From Balanoglossus misakiensis (lineage: Eukaryota; Animalia; Hemichordata): a stretch of DNA of 64,000 nt. The stretch's first letter is position 1. Each line of letters opens with the position of its first letter. The position numbers and the translations under genes are program-made. The notes beneath the pieces were generated by a model. The model ran no database searches. It was not told the DNA's origin and worked only from the letters and a program-made list of their open reading frames with translations. Of the stretch, positions 1-10,990 are shown one piece after another. The stretch lies in contig CM082586.2 of NCBI GenBank assembly GCA_040954595.2, positions 7,099,337 through 7,163,336 of the forward strand, in the 5' to 3' direction.

Positions 1-366
1 GCATACATCCTATGATGCTGTTCTCATTTCGGTAAGAAAAGTAGTAGTGAAAAAGTATGACTTCAAAATCTTTGTGTCTTAACCATATGGCAACCAGTAA
101 GTGACAGTAAGTGTAGTCACCGGATCAAATTTGTGACGATGAACCCTTACATTTAAATGTCTGCTTGAAATTCAACACGATTCAACTCATAGTTTCAACT
201 ATGACTATCAATGTTGGCAATAATTAACTTGATTTCGAATGTTTTAAATGCCACATAACTCACTTCAAATTTACACCTGTGGTGTCAGTTGCAAAGGCAC
301 CAAGCAGGCGAACCACCCAATGTAAACTGAAATGCAACCAAGGAAGTGGTCATATTCTGCACGTAC

Positions 367-484
367 CATTTGTAATCTCCTCCGACAACAAAAACAGATT
401 TCTGTAAAAAGGGTCGACACTTGATCTCATGCATTCAGGTTCTTCTGAGGTCGTCGGTTCTTCATAGCCCCGTTTTGACGCCAT
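367..484 (-). CDS. Exon 1 of a paralogous DED-NLR gene (remainder lies left of the window)
   Basis: Translates MASKRGYEEPTTSEEPECMRSSVDPFYRNLFLLSEEITN followed by a phase-1 G|GTACGT donor. Same 118-nt length and donor position as NLR exon 1 at 16996-17113, with 23/118 nt differences by hand count. Adjacent intron 125-285 resembles 15880-15970 plus 16846-16892. Confidence 0.8.
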
Positions 485-591
485 GGTATCGTTTATTATA
501 CACGCCCTGGTTAATCATTCATTAAGTCGGTTTGTGAATCTCGCCAACTGTAATTCCAATGCAAACCTACGCTGCCTATAAATGAGTGTGT

Positions 592-2964
592 AGTTATGAC
601 GGAGATGAAGTGCGCGAACTAGTTGGACTCTATATTCTGAGCATCCTCGCAGAGAAATATTCCAAGAACACCATTGGCTTCTAGAGGGACGACGGCCTGG
701 GTGCCCTCAAAAACGTATCAGACAGCCAGGCAGAGAGAATAGAGAAAGATTCCACTATTTCCATGACCCTGATCTGAAGATCACAATCGAAACTAACCAG
801 AAGATTGTTCATGAACTTGACCAACGGCAAATACTATATATACCCGTACAGAAAGTCGAACGACCAGCCAGTATACGTAATAGAGAACCACCGACCCCGA
901 GGTGGTTCTTGGTTTCGAATCGCCGAAGGCCGCAGGCGATTCGAAACCAAGAACCACCGAAGGGGAGGTGGTTCTCTAACTTAAACCACGATCCCCCGCA
1001 GACTTTGTTCCCATCAGAGCTTTGAGTATCTTTAAGACGTCGTATTACACAACGATTCAGTAAAATATAAGGAACAAAATTTTATCAAAGGAGGCTTATT
1101 ATTCATTGCTGACTGTGAAATTTGGTTGGCCACCCCTCTTCCTATAAATGAATCCTGTCGTGGGCAGGTAGTTCTAGACCGCCCTGCTGGGCCTTACAAG
1201 ATCGCCCACGCTTGACAGGTGTTACTCTAAATGTTCATGCTTACGTGTCGGAGTGATACTTCAATTTGCATCAAATTTAACTTTACAGGTGTGTTACGTG
1301 GTGTATTTTGGGAAGGGTTACAGCTATTGGGGTTTTGCGTGCACATGGTAAGCTTACGCGAAAATTTTCTAGGCCAAATGCAGTAGGCCTAAGTGTCACG
1401 TTTTTAGTTTATTTTCCTTCAAATGTCCATGAAATCGATCTGAAGATAGTTCCGATCTATATCATCTGCGAAAACAAGCGGCTACATGTTGGCAAAGCAA
1501 AAACTGGGTCACAATGCTCTACATGGTACTACTCCCCGTCTGTGTATTGGCGGCAACGCGTCTGCATGGTAGCGATATTGGTGAGTAACTCATCTGCGAA
1601 AAGACTTGATACCGAAGTGAAGCTGTCCGACATTAGAAACGCACACCTGGTGAACAGCAACAAAAAGTAAGCAGAATTTTGCAAGGTACGCGGGTTTTGT
1701 TAAATAGTAAAACAGCCAACCTTGTTACATGTCGGTAGTGAAGCAAAATCGAAGTGAAGCATCGGATTAGAGTACTACAAGCAAATCTGGGGATAATGTG
1801 ATTTAGTATAATTTTCTAGAAATTTGTAGTGAATTTATTGCAACGTTAGTTTGTTTCTGGTGAATAGATTTTTTGTCTATTTTATACTTTATCATGTTAT
1901 GAAGACTCTCGACATTAGCTTTGTACGTCAGTAGACAAAACTGTGAATGTGAAGCATTGAATGAAATGATCCGGAGACTGTCGCATATCCAGTTCGCTTT
2001 CAATTAACATAACAATTAATCTATCCAAATGAAATGTACTTTGAACACAAGTATAGAAGTAAATGTAATTATGCAAATAAAGCATTGTGTATTTGTATTT
2101 TTTGTTACGACAGGTGAGACCTGAGTCCTGCGGTAGTTCTAGAACCCCCGGAGGTAGTCTAGAACTACCCAGGACTTGGTTTTCAACCTGTGGTTGTGTG
2201 TGAGACGGAGGTTCTCTCAGTGAATGACTTGTCTATTGAATAGTGTGACGTCACGATCGTGGTTAAATCCACAAGCACTCCAACCACCCACCCACCATAA
2301 TCAAGCACCTCCCAGCAGCAAACCTCTATACAATGCAGCCCTGTAAGTCGGTGGATATAACGACGCTATCGAATACAAACCCAGTTAGCCATCAAGCAAG
2401 CAACATACAAATAAAACAGGAAAAGAAACATCATCTGGTTTAACCCGCCATATAGCAAGAGTGTACACACCAACATCGGAAGCACCTTTATATGTCTGGT
2501 TCAGAGGCATTTCCCCGAAACATCAAACCTTCTCAAGATTTTCAATAAGAACAGCTGAAATCGGCTACAACACCATGAGAAATATGAATAGCGCAATAAA
2601 ATCACACAAACAGCATATTATACATCCCCGTGATAAGAGCAAAGATACATGCAACTGCCGTGACAAGGCTAACATGTCAGGCCAAGGGCATTATTTATAA
2701 TGCTGAAGTAACATCAAGCAAGGGTGATATAAGAAGTTATATCGGACTGACATGACTGACACCGATTTCAAGACACGCTACAGCAAACACAAATATTCGA
2801 TAATATTCCTTTTTCGCATAGGGAGCATGAAAACAGCCCACAGCTTTCAAAAGACACCTGGAGGTATGAAGAAAACAACCAATCGTACAAGATAAACTGG
2901 GCAAATATATAAACACTGTGCTGTAAGGTGTCAGGGAGGAGAGCATCGTTTACGTGGAATATAC
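592..2964 (+). mobile_element. Decayed Penelope-like retroelement (RT + C-terminal GIY-YIG, Naiad-like), interrupted at 878-2267
   Basis: Frameshifted peptides SYDGDEVRELVGLYIL...IGF*RDDGLG (YRDD catalytic motif with TAG), LKITIETNQKIV, YPYRKSNDQPVYV|HKHSNHPPTIIKHLP, RKRNIIWFNPPYSKSVHTNIG, CNCR, GIIYNAEV...YIGLT, FKTRYSKHK. Confidence 0.85.
878..2267. mobile_element. Non-autonomous element with a terminal hairpin and asymmetric inverted repeats, no TSD (Helitron2/Helentron- or Crypton-like)
   Basis: Removing it restores the PLE frame (gta tac g|tc cac aag = VYVHK). 881-978 is a nested palindrome with a perfect 24-bp stem. TTAAACCACGATC (981) pairs with GATCGTGGTTAAA (2255-2267). Confidence 0.75.
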
Positions 2965-3589
2965 TACATGGCGGCCGCACAGTACGTGAAATATCCCATG
3001 ATTCATTCTGATTTGTACAATCAGAGATTACTCAGTCAAACCAGGCAAAGTTCACATGTGTAGAGAGAATTGTAGACCACTAATAGAAATTTTGAGATCG
3101 TACTTTTATGGTGAATCTTATTGTCAATTACCATTTCAAATGATTTAGAAAATTATGTATTATTGAGAGAGGAGATACGAATTTTATAAAATAATCAAGC
3201 AATTGCATAGCCAGCCATACCAAAAAGTTTAGAGTAAAACAGGGACACTTGAAACACCTGTTTAATCAAACAAAAAGATATTGATTTTTTCTATTGACAG
3301 AACAATGGAAATTTACATGTTAACTTTCAACAGAGACTGGCCACCTCAGTTAGTCATTGCTTATTTCCTCCAAAGTGTGACATTTGCAGTACATGAATAC
3401 TTTGATTTTGAAATTTTCACTCTAATTCCTCAACGTACTTTTCCTAGATAAAAATAAAATATATTTATATGTACTTCATATCATTGTTAGTATCTAAAAC
3501 AGAAAAAGTTATTAAATGGGCAACCTTCGATGATACAAATCATGGAGAACTGTGGGTAAAATATCGTACTGTGGGCCGTCTCGCACGTA
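2965..3589. mobile_element. ~620-bp MITE-like element, TA-flanked, imperfect TIRs
   Basis: Left end TACATGGCGGCCGCACAGTACG versus reverse complement of right end TACGTGCGAGACGGCCCACAGTACG. It truncates the Penelope-like element. Confidence 0.55.
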
Positions 3590-3954
3590 TTGTTTTCAGC
3601 AAATTGAACTTTAGGATAACCGCATGTAGTGCCAAAGTTGAATCTGATTAGAAACATGATTTACACCATTCCAGAGCCTAACGCACTATCGCCGTCATAG
3701 CAATATCAGCAACATAGCCTTCTAGTTAAACCACGGATGACTGATAAGGTCAGCTACTGAACTTTGCAGCACTACACAGGCCAACTCCAGAGAAGAAAAA
3801 TCCCACCATACAAATGCTGTTCTGTACATAAAAAGTCCTGATTTATGATACTTTACACCCAAAGTAATCAGAGTATTATAAATCACAAAGAGTTTGCATG
3901 AGGGGCATCGAAACAACCGTGGTATTATTCACAGTTAAAAATAGCTCCCCTTAC

Positions 3955-4066
3955 AATGGATAAAATGAACGTTCTGTCAAACAAAAAATGAGGCGTACAA
4001 TTACAATAATTTACTCAAATGCATCAGCGCTTCTTGGCGTCATATATCAAAATGATTTTATGCCAC
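3955..4066 (-). pseudogene. Decayed copy of NLR exon 1 (unit 1)
   Basis: Colinear anchors with 367-563: aacaaaaa, atgcat, ttcttg/ttcttc, gcca(c/t)g, cacg(t/c)cctg, aatcat, tcggt(c/t)tgtgaa, aattc(a/c)aatgca. The start codon is GTG, followed by GCA TAA. Confidence 0.55.
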
Positions 4067-5051
4067 GATCATTTATGATGCACGTCCTGATCAATCATCA
4101 AAATATCGATCGGTCTGTGAAACACAACCAAATTCAAATGCAGAATCTGAAGTGGTATGAGAACAACTCTTATTTTGCAGCTTGGTGGCTCGAAGAAGAA
4201 AAGTTTCATTCCCTGAATTTTCAAGTTGTTGGGGAACGCACAAAACAGGATAAACGTCATTGGTGTAATTAATAAGAGCGTAAATCCTAGGATAACTGCA
4301 AATACCAAAGTTGAATCTGATAAAAAACAGACACTTGAAACTATTCCGGAGGGTAACGAACTATCGTAGCAACATAGACTAAATTCAGTTACGGTGTTAT
4401 CATGGGCGTATATGTAACCTGCCCTGGTGAAGGTTAAAGTACACATTTTCTTTAAAACAAACAATGACGCATACAATTCCACTTATTTACTCATATAAAT
4501 CACCACCTGTTGACGACAGTTGTCAAAGTAACTTTATATACACAATACGTGAACTTCCATTCTGCAATGGTAAAATTTATTGCATAATATTATGTAATTT
4601 TTGCAAATAATCGTTTTGGCAAGGAATTGTTGGACAGACACCCACACACTATGAATTGTGGGTAAAATATCGTACTGTGGGCCGTCTCGCACGTATTGTT
4701 TTCAGCAAATTGAACTTTAGGATAACCGCATGTAGTGCCAAAGTTGAATCTGATTAGAAACATGATTTACACCATTCCAGAGCCTAACGCACCATCGCCA
4801 TCATAGCAATGATAGCCTTCTAGTTAAACCACGGATGACTGATAAGGTCAGCTACTGAACTTTGCAGCACTACACAGGCCAACTCCAGAGAAGAAAAATC
4901 CCACCATACAAATGCTGTTCTGTACATAAAAATACCTGTTTATGATACTTTACACCCAAAGTAATCAGAGTATTATAAATCACAAAGACTTTGCATGAGG
5001 GGTATTGAAACAACCGTGGTATTATTCACAGTTAAAAATAGCTCCACTTAC

Positions 5052-5163
5052 AATGGATAAAATAAACGTTCTGTCAAACAAAAAATGATGCGTACAATTA
5101 CAATAATTTACTGAAATGCATCAGCGCTTCTTGGCGTCATATATCAAAATGATTTTATGCCAC
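5052..5163 (-). pseudogene. Decayed copy of NLR exon 1 (unit 2)
   Basis: Tandem copy of 3955-4066. Confidence 0.55.
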
Positions 5164-5630
5164 GATCATTTATGATGCACGTCCTGATCAATCATCAAAC
5201 TATCGATCGGTCTGTGAAACACAACCAAAGTCAAATGCAGAATCTGAAGTGGTATGAGAACAACTCTTATTTTGCAGCTTGGTGGCTCGAAGAAGAAAAG
5301 TTTCATTCCCTGAATTTTCAAGTTGTTGGGGAACGCACAAAACAGGATAAACGTCATTGGTGTAATTAATAAGAGCGTAAATCCTAGGATAACTGCAAAT
5401 ACCAAAGTTGAATCTGATAAAAAACAGACACTTGAAAATAATCCGGAGGGTAACGAACTATCGTAGCAACATAGACTAAATTCAGTTACGGTGTTATCAT
5501 GGGTGCCTATGTAACCTCCCCTGGTGAAGGTTAAAGTACACATTTTCTTTAAAACAAACAATGGCGCATACAATTCCACTTATCTACTCATTATAAATCA
5601 CCACCTGTTGACGACATTTATCAAAGTAAC

Positions 5631-6094
5631 TAGTCTAGCCAATATAGGGCTTGACCCACCACAAATTGCAACATAATTTTTTTCTTCAGAATATACTTTG
5701 GAGAGGTGTCTAGAACAACATATTAAAAATGCACCCGAATCCACCTTGTGGAAATATGTCTAATTTGCATAAATTTAATATTAGAGATTTTGGGGCCAAA
5801 TATCAAGAAATAAATGCTTTTTTTCCATGATTTTAAAGTTTACAGTATTCCTAAAAAACATATTTGGGCTATATATTGGATACTTAGTAAGCTATTTTAG
5901 TGTTTTTAATTCAAAATTACCTCTATGACATTTGAAACAATGTTGAAAATATCTTGTTTACATTTGCACTTTATATTTTGCATAAATCCAATATGGCCGC
6001 CAAATGAATATTCGACAGCTTATCATACTCCGGCATATATAATATGCAATTTGTGGTGGGTTAGGTGCCAAAAATTCGTAGATTGACTAGACTA
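5631..6094. mobile_element. 464-bp non-autonomous DNA element with TAGTCTAG...CTAGACTA termini
   Basis: Imperfect TIRs including CCCACCACAAATTGCA / TGCAATTTGTGGTGGG. Absent from the equivalent site in sister units (4527-4545, 17610-17630). Confidence 0.85.
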
Positions 6095-6792
6095 ATACAC
6101 AATACGTGAACTTCCATTCTGCAATGGTTTATTGTACAATATTATGTAATTTTTGCAAATAATTTTTCAGGCAAGGAATGGTTGGACAGACTTCCACACA
6201 CTCACACAGTTTTCATATAAAATCTGTGCTCTTTATTAAAAAAAACGTATTCTCCCCATATTTGGGTAATTTATGAAACAGTTCTGGTATTGAAAACTCC
6301 CAGAATCAAGAATACATCCATCTATTATTACCTTAAGCAAATATTTTCATTTCAATTGTACCAAGATCTATACCTAAAACACTAAGGATACCAAAGAAAT
6401 AGTATTTTAACAGACCCACCCTAACTTTGCTCGCTTATTTGATATATATATAAAAACATAAAGCACAATAATTATGCAGTGACAGTACTAAACTAGTAAG
6501 CGTTTGTGAGACTTCGAAATGATCCAAGGGAAAAACATGCAAGTCTGACTGTGAGGGCAGTGTTCATAAATATATCAAAGTACATGCTGGAACGTACATG
6601 TACTAGAATTTAGAAAACAATTCATCATTGTGAGTTTATAACCAGCTACCATGCTCCATCTGCCAAACACAACAGTAAAGGGCGAATCTTGGAGCAATGG
6701 GATGACCGCTTTTCACTACATATAACTTCAGATCACCATCAATAATTCAAATTTACAATTGGGGAAAAAGGTCACAAAGCTCTTTATTTTAA

Positions 6793-6877
6793 CCCTTTCA
6801 CCCCCAGTTCCCTCTATAGAGGACCACCTTTACCATCCAAAACAACAGACTTAGGCCAAACCATGGTGGTGAAAGGG
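6793..6877. mobile_element. 85-bp piggyBac-type MITE
   Basis: TTAA-CCCTTTCACC...GGTGAAAGGG-TTAA. Confidence 0.8.
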
Positions 6878-7848
6878 TTAATACTATGAATGAAATGCTT
6901 AATATGAAGTAAAAATGAAAATAAAAGAGTATGGTGTTCACACGCGACCAGGCTATTTCATTGGCCATGTAGAAATTACGTTTCATCTTCATGTTTATAA
7001 CAGACGTTGGACCTGATACTAGAATCACATGACCAAAAGTTTTTACAGGATTCATACAATCATAAGTCTGTCAAAATTCAAGAACTTGCCATAAAAATGT
7101 TTTTCGAAAGTCTTGAAGCAGCACACGAGGAAAACAAGTGTGATATCAACATTGTGTTACAAATAGCATTAGGTGCAAAATATCTTTTTTGTGTGGATAA
7201 TTCAAGTTGACATTCATGGTGTTTGGGGAAACAATTTTGCTACGACACATCGGGAAAATAAATTTCCCATGATTCATTTTATAGACGTTGGAGGTCCCAG
7301 TGACATAAAACCCTGAAAATCAGCAGGTTTCAAAAATCGCATCTAAACAGTTTTTTTGTGATAAAGCATTGCTGAGAAAAACACAGCAAATACATTTAAC
7401 CAGGACCGTGATTTGACATACCAAGTTTCACAAACTGAAACATCTGTTGGAATTTCATACACAGTATTGATCAATTTCCTTTATTTCAAATGCATGCAAT
7501 TTCACCTTGTAAGTTATTTATTTTCTACGGGAAATGAGGAAAAGGAAAATACTTGCAGAGAAGGTGTGTATTTAATGTATTCGTACACAGGGTTGAACCA
7601 ATAATCATCTGTATAGCAGGAGTCTACAGCTGTTGTGTTTATTACTGTTGTTGTATCTGTGAGCTTGCAGTACAACTTTAGCAGGAACTCAGGAAAACAT
7701 GTACTTAAACAAAACAAACAAACAAACAAACACACACATAAAACAAAACAAAACAGCACAAACACAAAACAATCTCAAAAGAAATTGACTTTGTCCCTTT
7801 CAAGTAATGCGATAAAATAAAACCATGGTCAGTCAATAAAGGGACAAC

Positions 7849-8093
7849 GTCTCTCTTTTGCTGCCCTTCTTCCATTAATTATGTTTGATACAAGACACCA
7901 TTTATGTTATTCTACATGTGGATATATAGTAAATCAACGTTCGACCACACACAACTTCCATCCCACTTGTAGACATGAGAGTGAAAAACTCGCCAAAAAT
8001 GAATAATCGGTCTTTACCTATATTCATTTTGGCAAGATTTTTACTCTCATATCTTACAAACAGGAAATGGAAAAAGGGCAGTGAGAGAGAGAC
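7849..8093. mobile_element. Fold-back/MITE-like segment present only in the left duplicate
   Basis: ~28-bp imperfect TIR (GTCTCTCTTTTGCTGCCCTTCTTCCATT / AATGGAAAAAGGGCAGTGAGAGAGAGAC) and an inner hairpin at 7975-8050. Missing at the matching site ~20923. Confidence 0.55.
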
Positions 8094-10246
8094 TTTTTCT
8101 ACTCCCAACTCATCAAGTAAGGGTGGATTTACAGAGGGCACCGGTACTTAACCTTATTCAATTCATACGCATGATTGGCCGCGGTACAAATAGTACACAC
8201 TCGGGCAAAATACACCCATGGATGCGTACATGATTGATTCAATATGGAGAATCTATTTACCAACAACATGATTGCACGTTTCCATCACAATTGCATTTTT
8301 TACATGTAAGTGTATCAAAAATTCAACCCATACTACTTAAGAAACATTTTTAATTTTTTTGCTGATTATAATCAAAAGAGAGATATTATCTCCTTGATGT
8401 TGATTATAATCAAGGGTGATGTATTTCCAAAAGCGTTACTTTTTCTTAATTACAGATATTTGTAAATTTGACAGATTTATGAAATTACTAATTTCACAAA
8501 AATCATGGAAGTCGCATGTATTTACAAAAAAGTGAGTAAATGCAATGCAGTTATGAAGAGAACATCAAAATTCAACAGAACAGATTTCCCCTAACATGAC
8601 ATGTTAATTAGAACAGTGTAGGAAAGTTTGCCAGGGTTTTTTCGTTTAAAAAATTCTGGAGTATAGCCGAGTTACCATAAGAATGATTTTGATGAATTGA
8701 TAGTAATTGTTTTTCAAATTCTGCTAATGCTTTTTACACCGTTCTGTCCCACAGCAGTGGTTGCAGCATAACATTTACATAAGTGCTTGTGTGAGAGAGA
8801 CCTGCCATAGGGAAAATGCCACAGATCTGAAATGGTGTCTTTACATAATTTTGTATCAAAAATGTAAAAATTGGGATATTTTGAAAGTGCTGAGACGTTT
8901 TTTTTTCTGAGTGGTTGGTGTCCATGTATTCACATTCAGGAAGAGTGCCAGTGTATTGTATACTTTTGTTTTCAAATATTACAGGGATGAGGTGGCTGGG
9001 ATCAATACTTAATCTCCAGCCTCCTGGGGGCGCTGTGCATGCGGCAGACAAGGTTCATGTGCGCAAACTCAATTTTACCAGTAAGTTCCCAGACTTCTCA
9101 GAGTTTTGTGTATTAATGGTTTTCCACATGTTCATTAGGTCAAAAATAACATCAGCTAGAAAAGCAGATCAGGGCAGTTTTTTTTAGAGGTACAAGTATT
9201 TCAAATCCAAAGTTCTATTTTTGCAAATCAAGTCATATCAAGAATCAAGTGTGTACATAAGGGAGATGAATTTGCCTCTTCCAATAACACTGAAAATTGA
9301 GAAAACCCATTTCTATTATTGTCATTTTTATGAATATGTGCACAATAGCTGAAAGAATTCAGTGGTCAAATATAATCATATTTTCACCATGCTTAATTCT
9401 GTGATAAACTTCACTAAATGTTTTTTTGCCCAAAGAAAAACCACTGGTGACAAAATATTGACACAATTTTTTTTCATTTACTATTCTTTTACACTTTAAA
9501 AAAAAAAAAAATAATACAAAAGGCAAATTCCAAAATCTGCAATTAAAAGAAACGACATCAACAGTAATTTCAATTTAACTGATCATACATTCATAAATGC
9601 TAATGAACCATTGTGCAAATGAGAGCATATCCTATTACTAAGAACAGCATATTCCTTTTTGAGATTTACAAGCTATCTTTGGCAAGACTTTTTCAAGGCC
9701 CCTACCTGAAACCATGTTTGGTACATAAATTTCTCTGAGAACATCCATGATGGTATGATTCAAGCACTCCCAATATTAGATGTGACCACGAAAGGCAATT
9801 GTTGTATGTATAATCTTTCAGGAATTTTGCAGAACAGCAGGTGGGTTTACAAATCTTAATTTTTACAAAAATTCAAGGGCAGGGACCAAATTTCATATTG
9901 CCATGATCTTCTGGGATTGGATGAAGACTGTAGGATCTGAAGGACACCGACAGAACATATTGAACGCTGCACAATTTTCTGTTGGTATGGAGAGGGTGAT
10001 CAAACTGTGTTGCGATTCAATATTCTGCCGTCAAGAGGGAATGTACCAATCTGCTCTGTTCCCAGACAATCGAATCACAGATTGGATCCTGGTTCAACAG
10101 CAGACTTCTGGTACCTTTCTTGTAAACTGGAAAAATTCCTTCTCAAGCAGACAGGACCAGCATCCTTTGCCTGTGCGGGAGGAGATCGACCTCTTCAGCC
10201 AAATCTTCACTTCTGCTTGCTATTGGCTCTGTGTATAGTTATGGTT

Positions 10247-10401
10247 CAAAATTCAAGAACTTGCGCGGATAATACTTTTTGAAAGTCTCCAAACAGCTCA
10301 CGAGGACAACAGGCGTCATATCAACATTGTGAAATATTGTGTTACTAATACTAATGTAGCTTTAGGTGCAAAATATCTTCTTTTTTGTGTGGATAATTCA
10401 A
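10247..10401 (+). repeat. Third, more diverged copy of a ~150-bp segment (also 7071-7205 and 20131-20277) at the duplication breakpoint
   Basis: TCAAAATTCAAG...GATAATTCAA is shared by all three copies. Confidence 0.85.
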
Positions 10402-10859
10402 CCACCTGAACGCCCTCGTCGACGGGAGTTTGTACTTCAAGTACTTCATGCGCTGGTTGCACCTCTTGCCACTGGACCAGATCTTTCAAGGGATCAAGGG
10501 ATTATAGTGTATCAAAACTTGATAGGGGTCGTAGAGGTTTGGGATTCACGGTTCTGCTATGTTTGTACTCCACAGCATATACTTCTGACGGCGACACAAT
10601 AAGTGGTGACGTCAGTCATTTCTGCTTTCATCACAACAGCAGACGTTTCCAGCATTTTCAAATTTCACCAGCTCTCCAATGGGGGGGGGGGGGGGGGCAT
10701 ACTCATGAATAATTGCGAGTACAATCAAGTCTATTGTGTTGTTAAAAATAAATTTGAAAGGACTAAACGACATGTGATGTGAATTACTATTGTTTCTGAG
10801 AACGCCTTTATTCTTATATTTTGTCAATTGCCATGAGGTCATTCTGACTGACCTCCCAG

Positions 10860-10990
10860 CTCCACACAATTGTGCAACAACGCGTTTACAGTGCAGTAAT
10901 TCTCAATGTGATAGATTTACAGATTATCACAGCCATTGTTCGAACAAACACATGATACACCACGGTCCAGAGGCTGACGAATAAATTGTT
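10860..10990 (+). pseudogene. Possible decayed LDL-receptor class A exon
   Basis: CTGAC branch-like motif and CCCAG acceptor, then PHNCATTRLQCSNSQC...ADE, with INC reachable by a 1-nt shift. AATAAA follows at ~11026-11090. Confidence 0.3.

Larger units (their letters stand above)
3547..6202. repeat. Two tandem ~1.1-kb units (period ~1100; the second carries a 464-bp insertion)
   Basis: GAA(C/T)TGTGGGTAAAATATCGTACTGTGGG recurs at 3547 and 4653; the units are near-identical throughout. Confidence 0.95.
4060..10249. repeat. Segmental duplicate of ~17190-23349 (NLR upstream region plus the DNA 3' of the PKI stop)
   Basis: Continuous colinear similarity. The right breakpoint GTGTATAGTTA(T/C)GGTTCAA lies at 10249 / 23349. 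Confidence 0.95.

Noticed and set aside
1308-1670. 120-aa ORF as the transposase of the hairpin element
   Set aside because: Starts at TTG and shows no HUH, helicase or tyrosine-recombinase motif.
4069-5579. Repeated 137-aa hydrophobic ORF (MELYASLFVLKK...) as a membrane-protein gene
   Set aside because: It lies in the promoter-derived repeat, is frameshifted or truncated in the 17.4-kb and 18.5-kb copies, and has no recognisable domain; recurrence reflects DNA duplication only.
3547-6202. Repeats as a CRISPR-like or spacer array
   Set aside because: The units are kilobase-long near-identical duplicates with no short repeat/unique spacer alternation; the context is eukaryotic.
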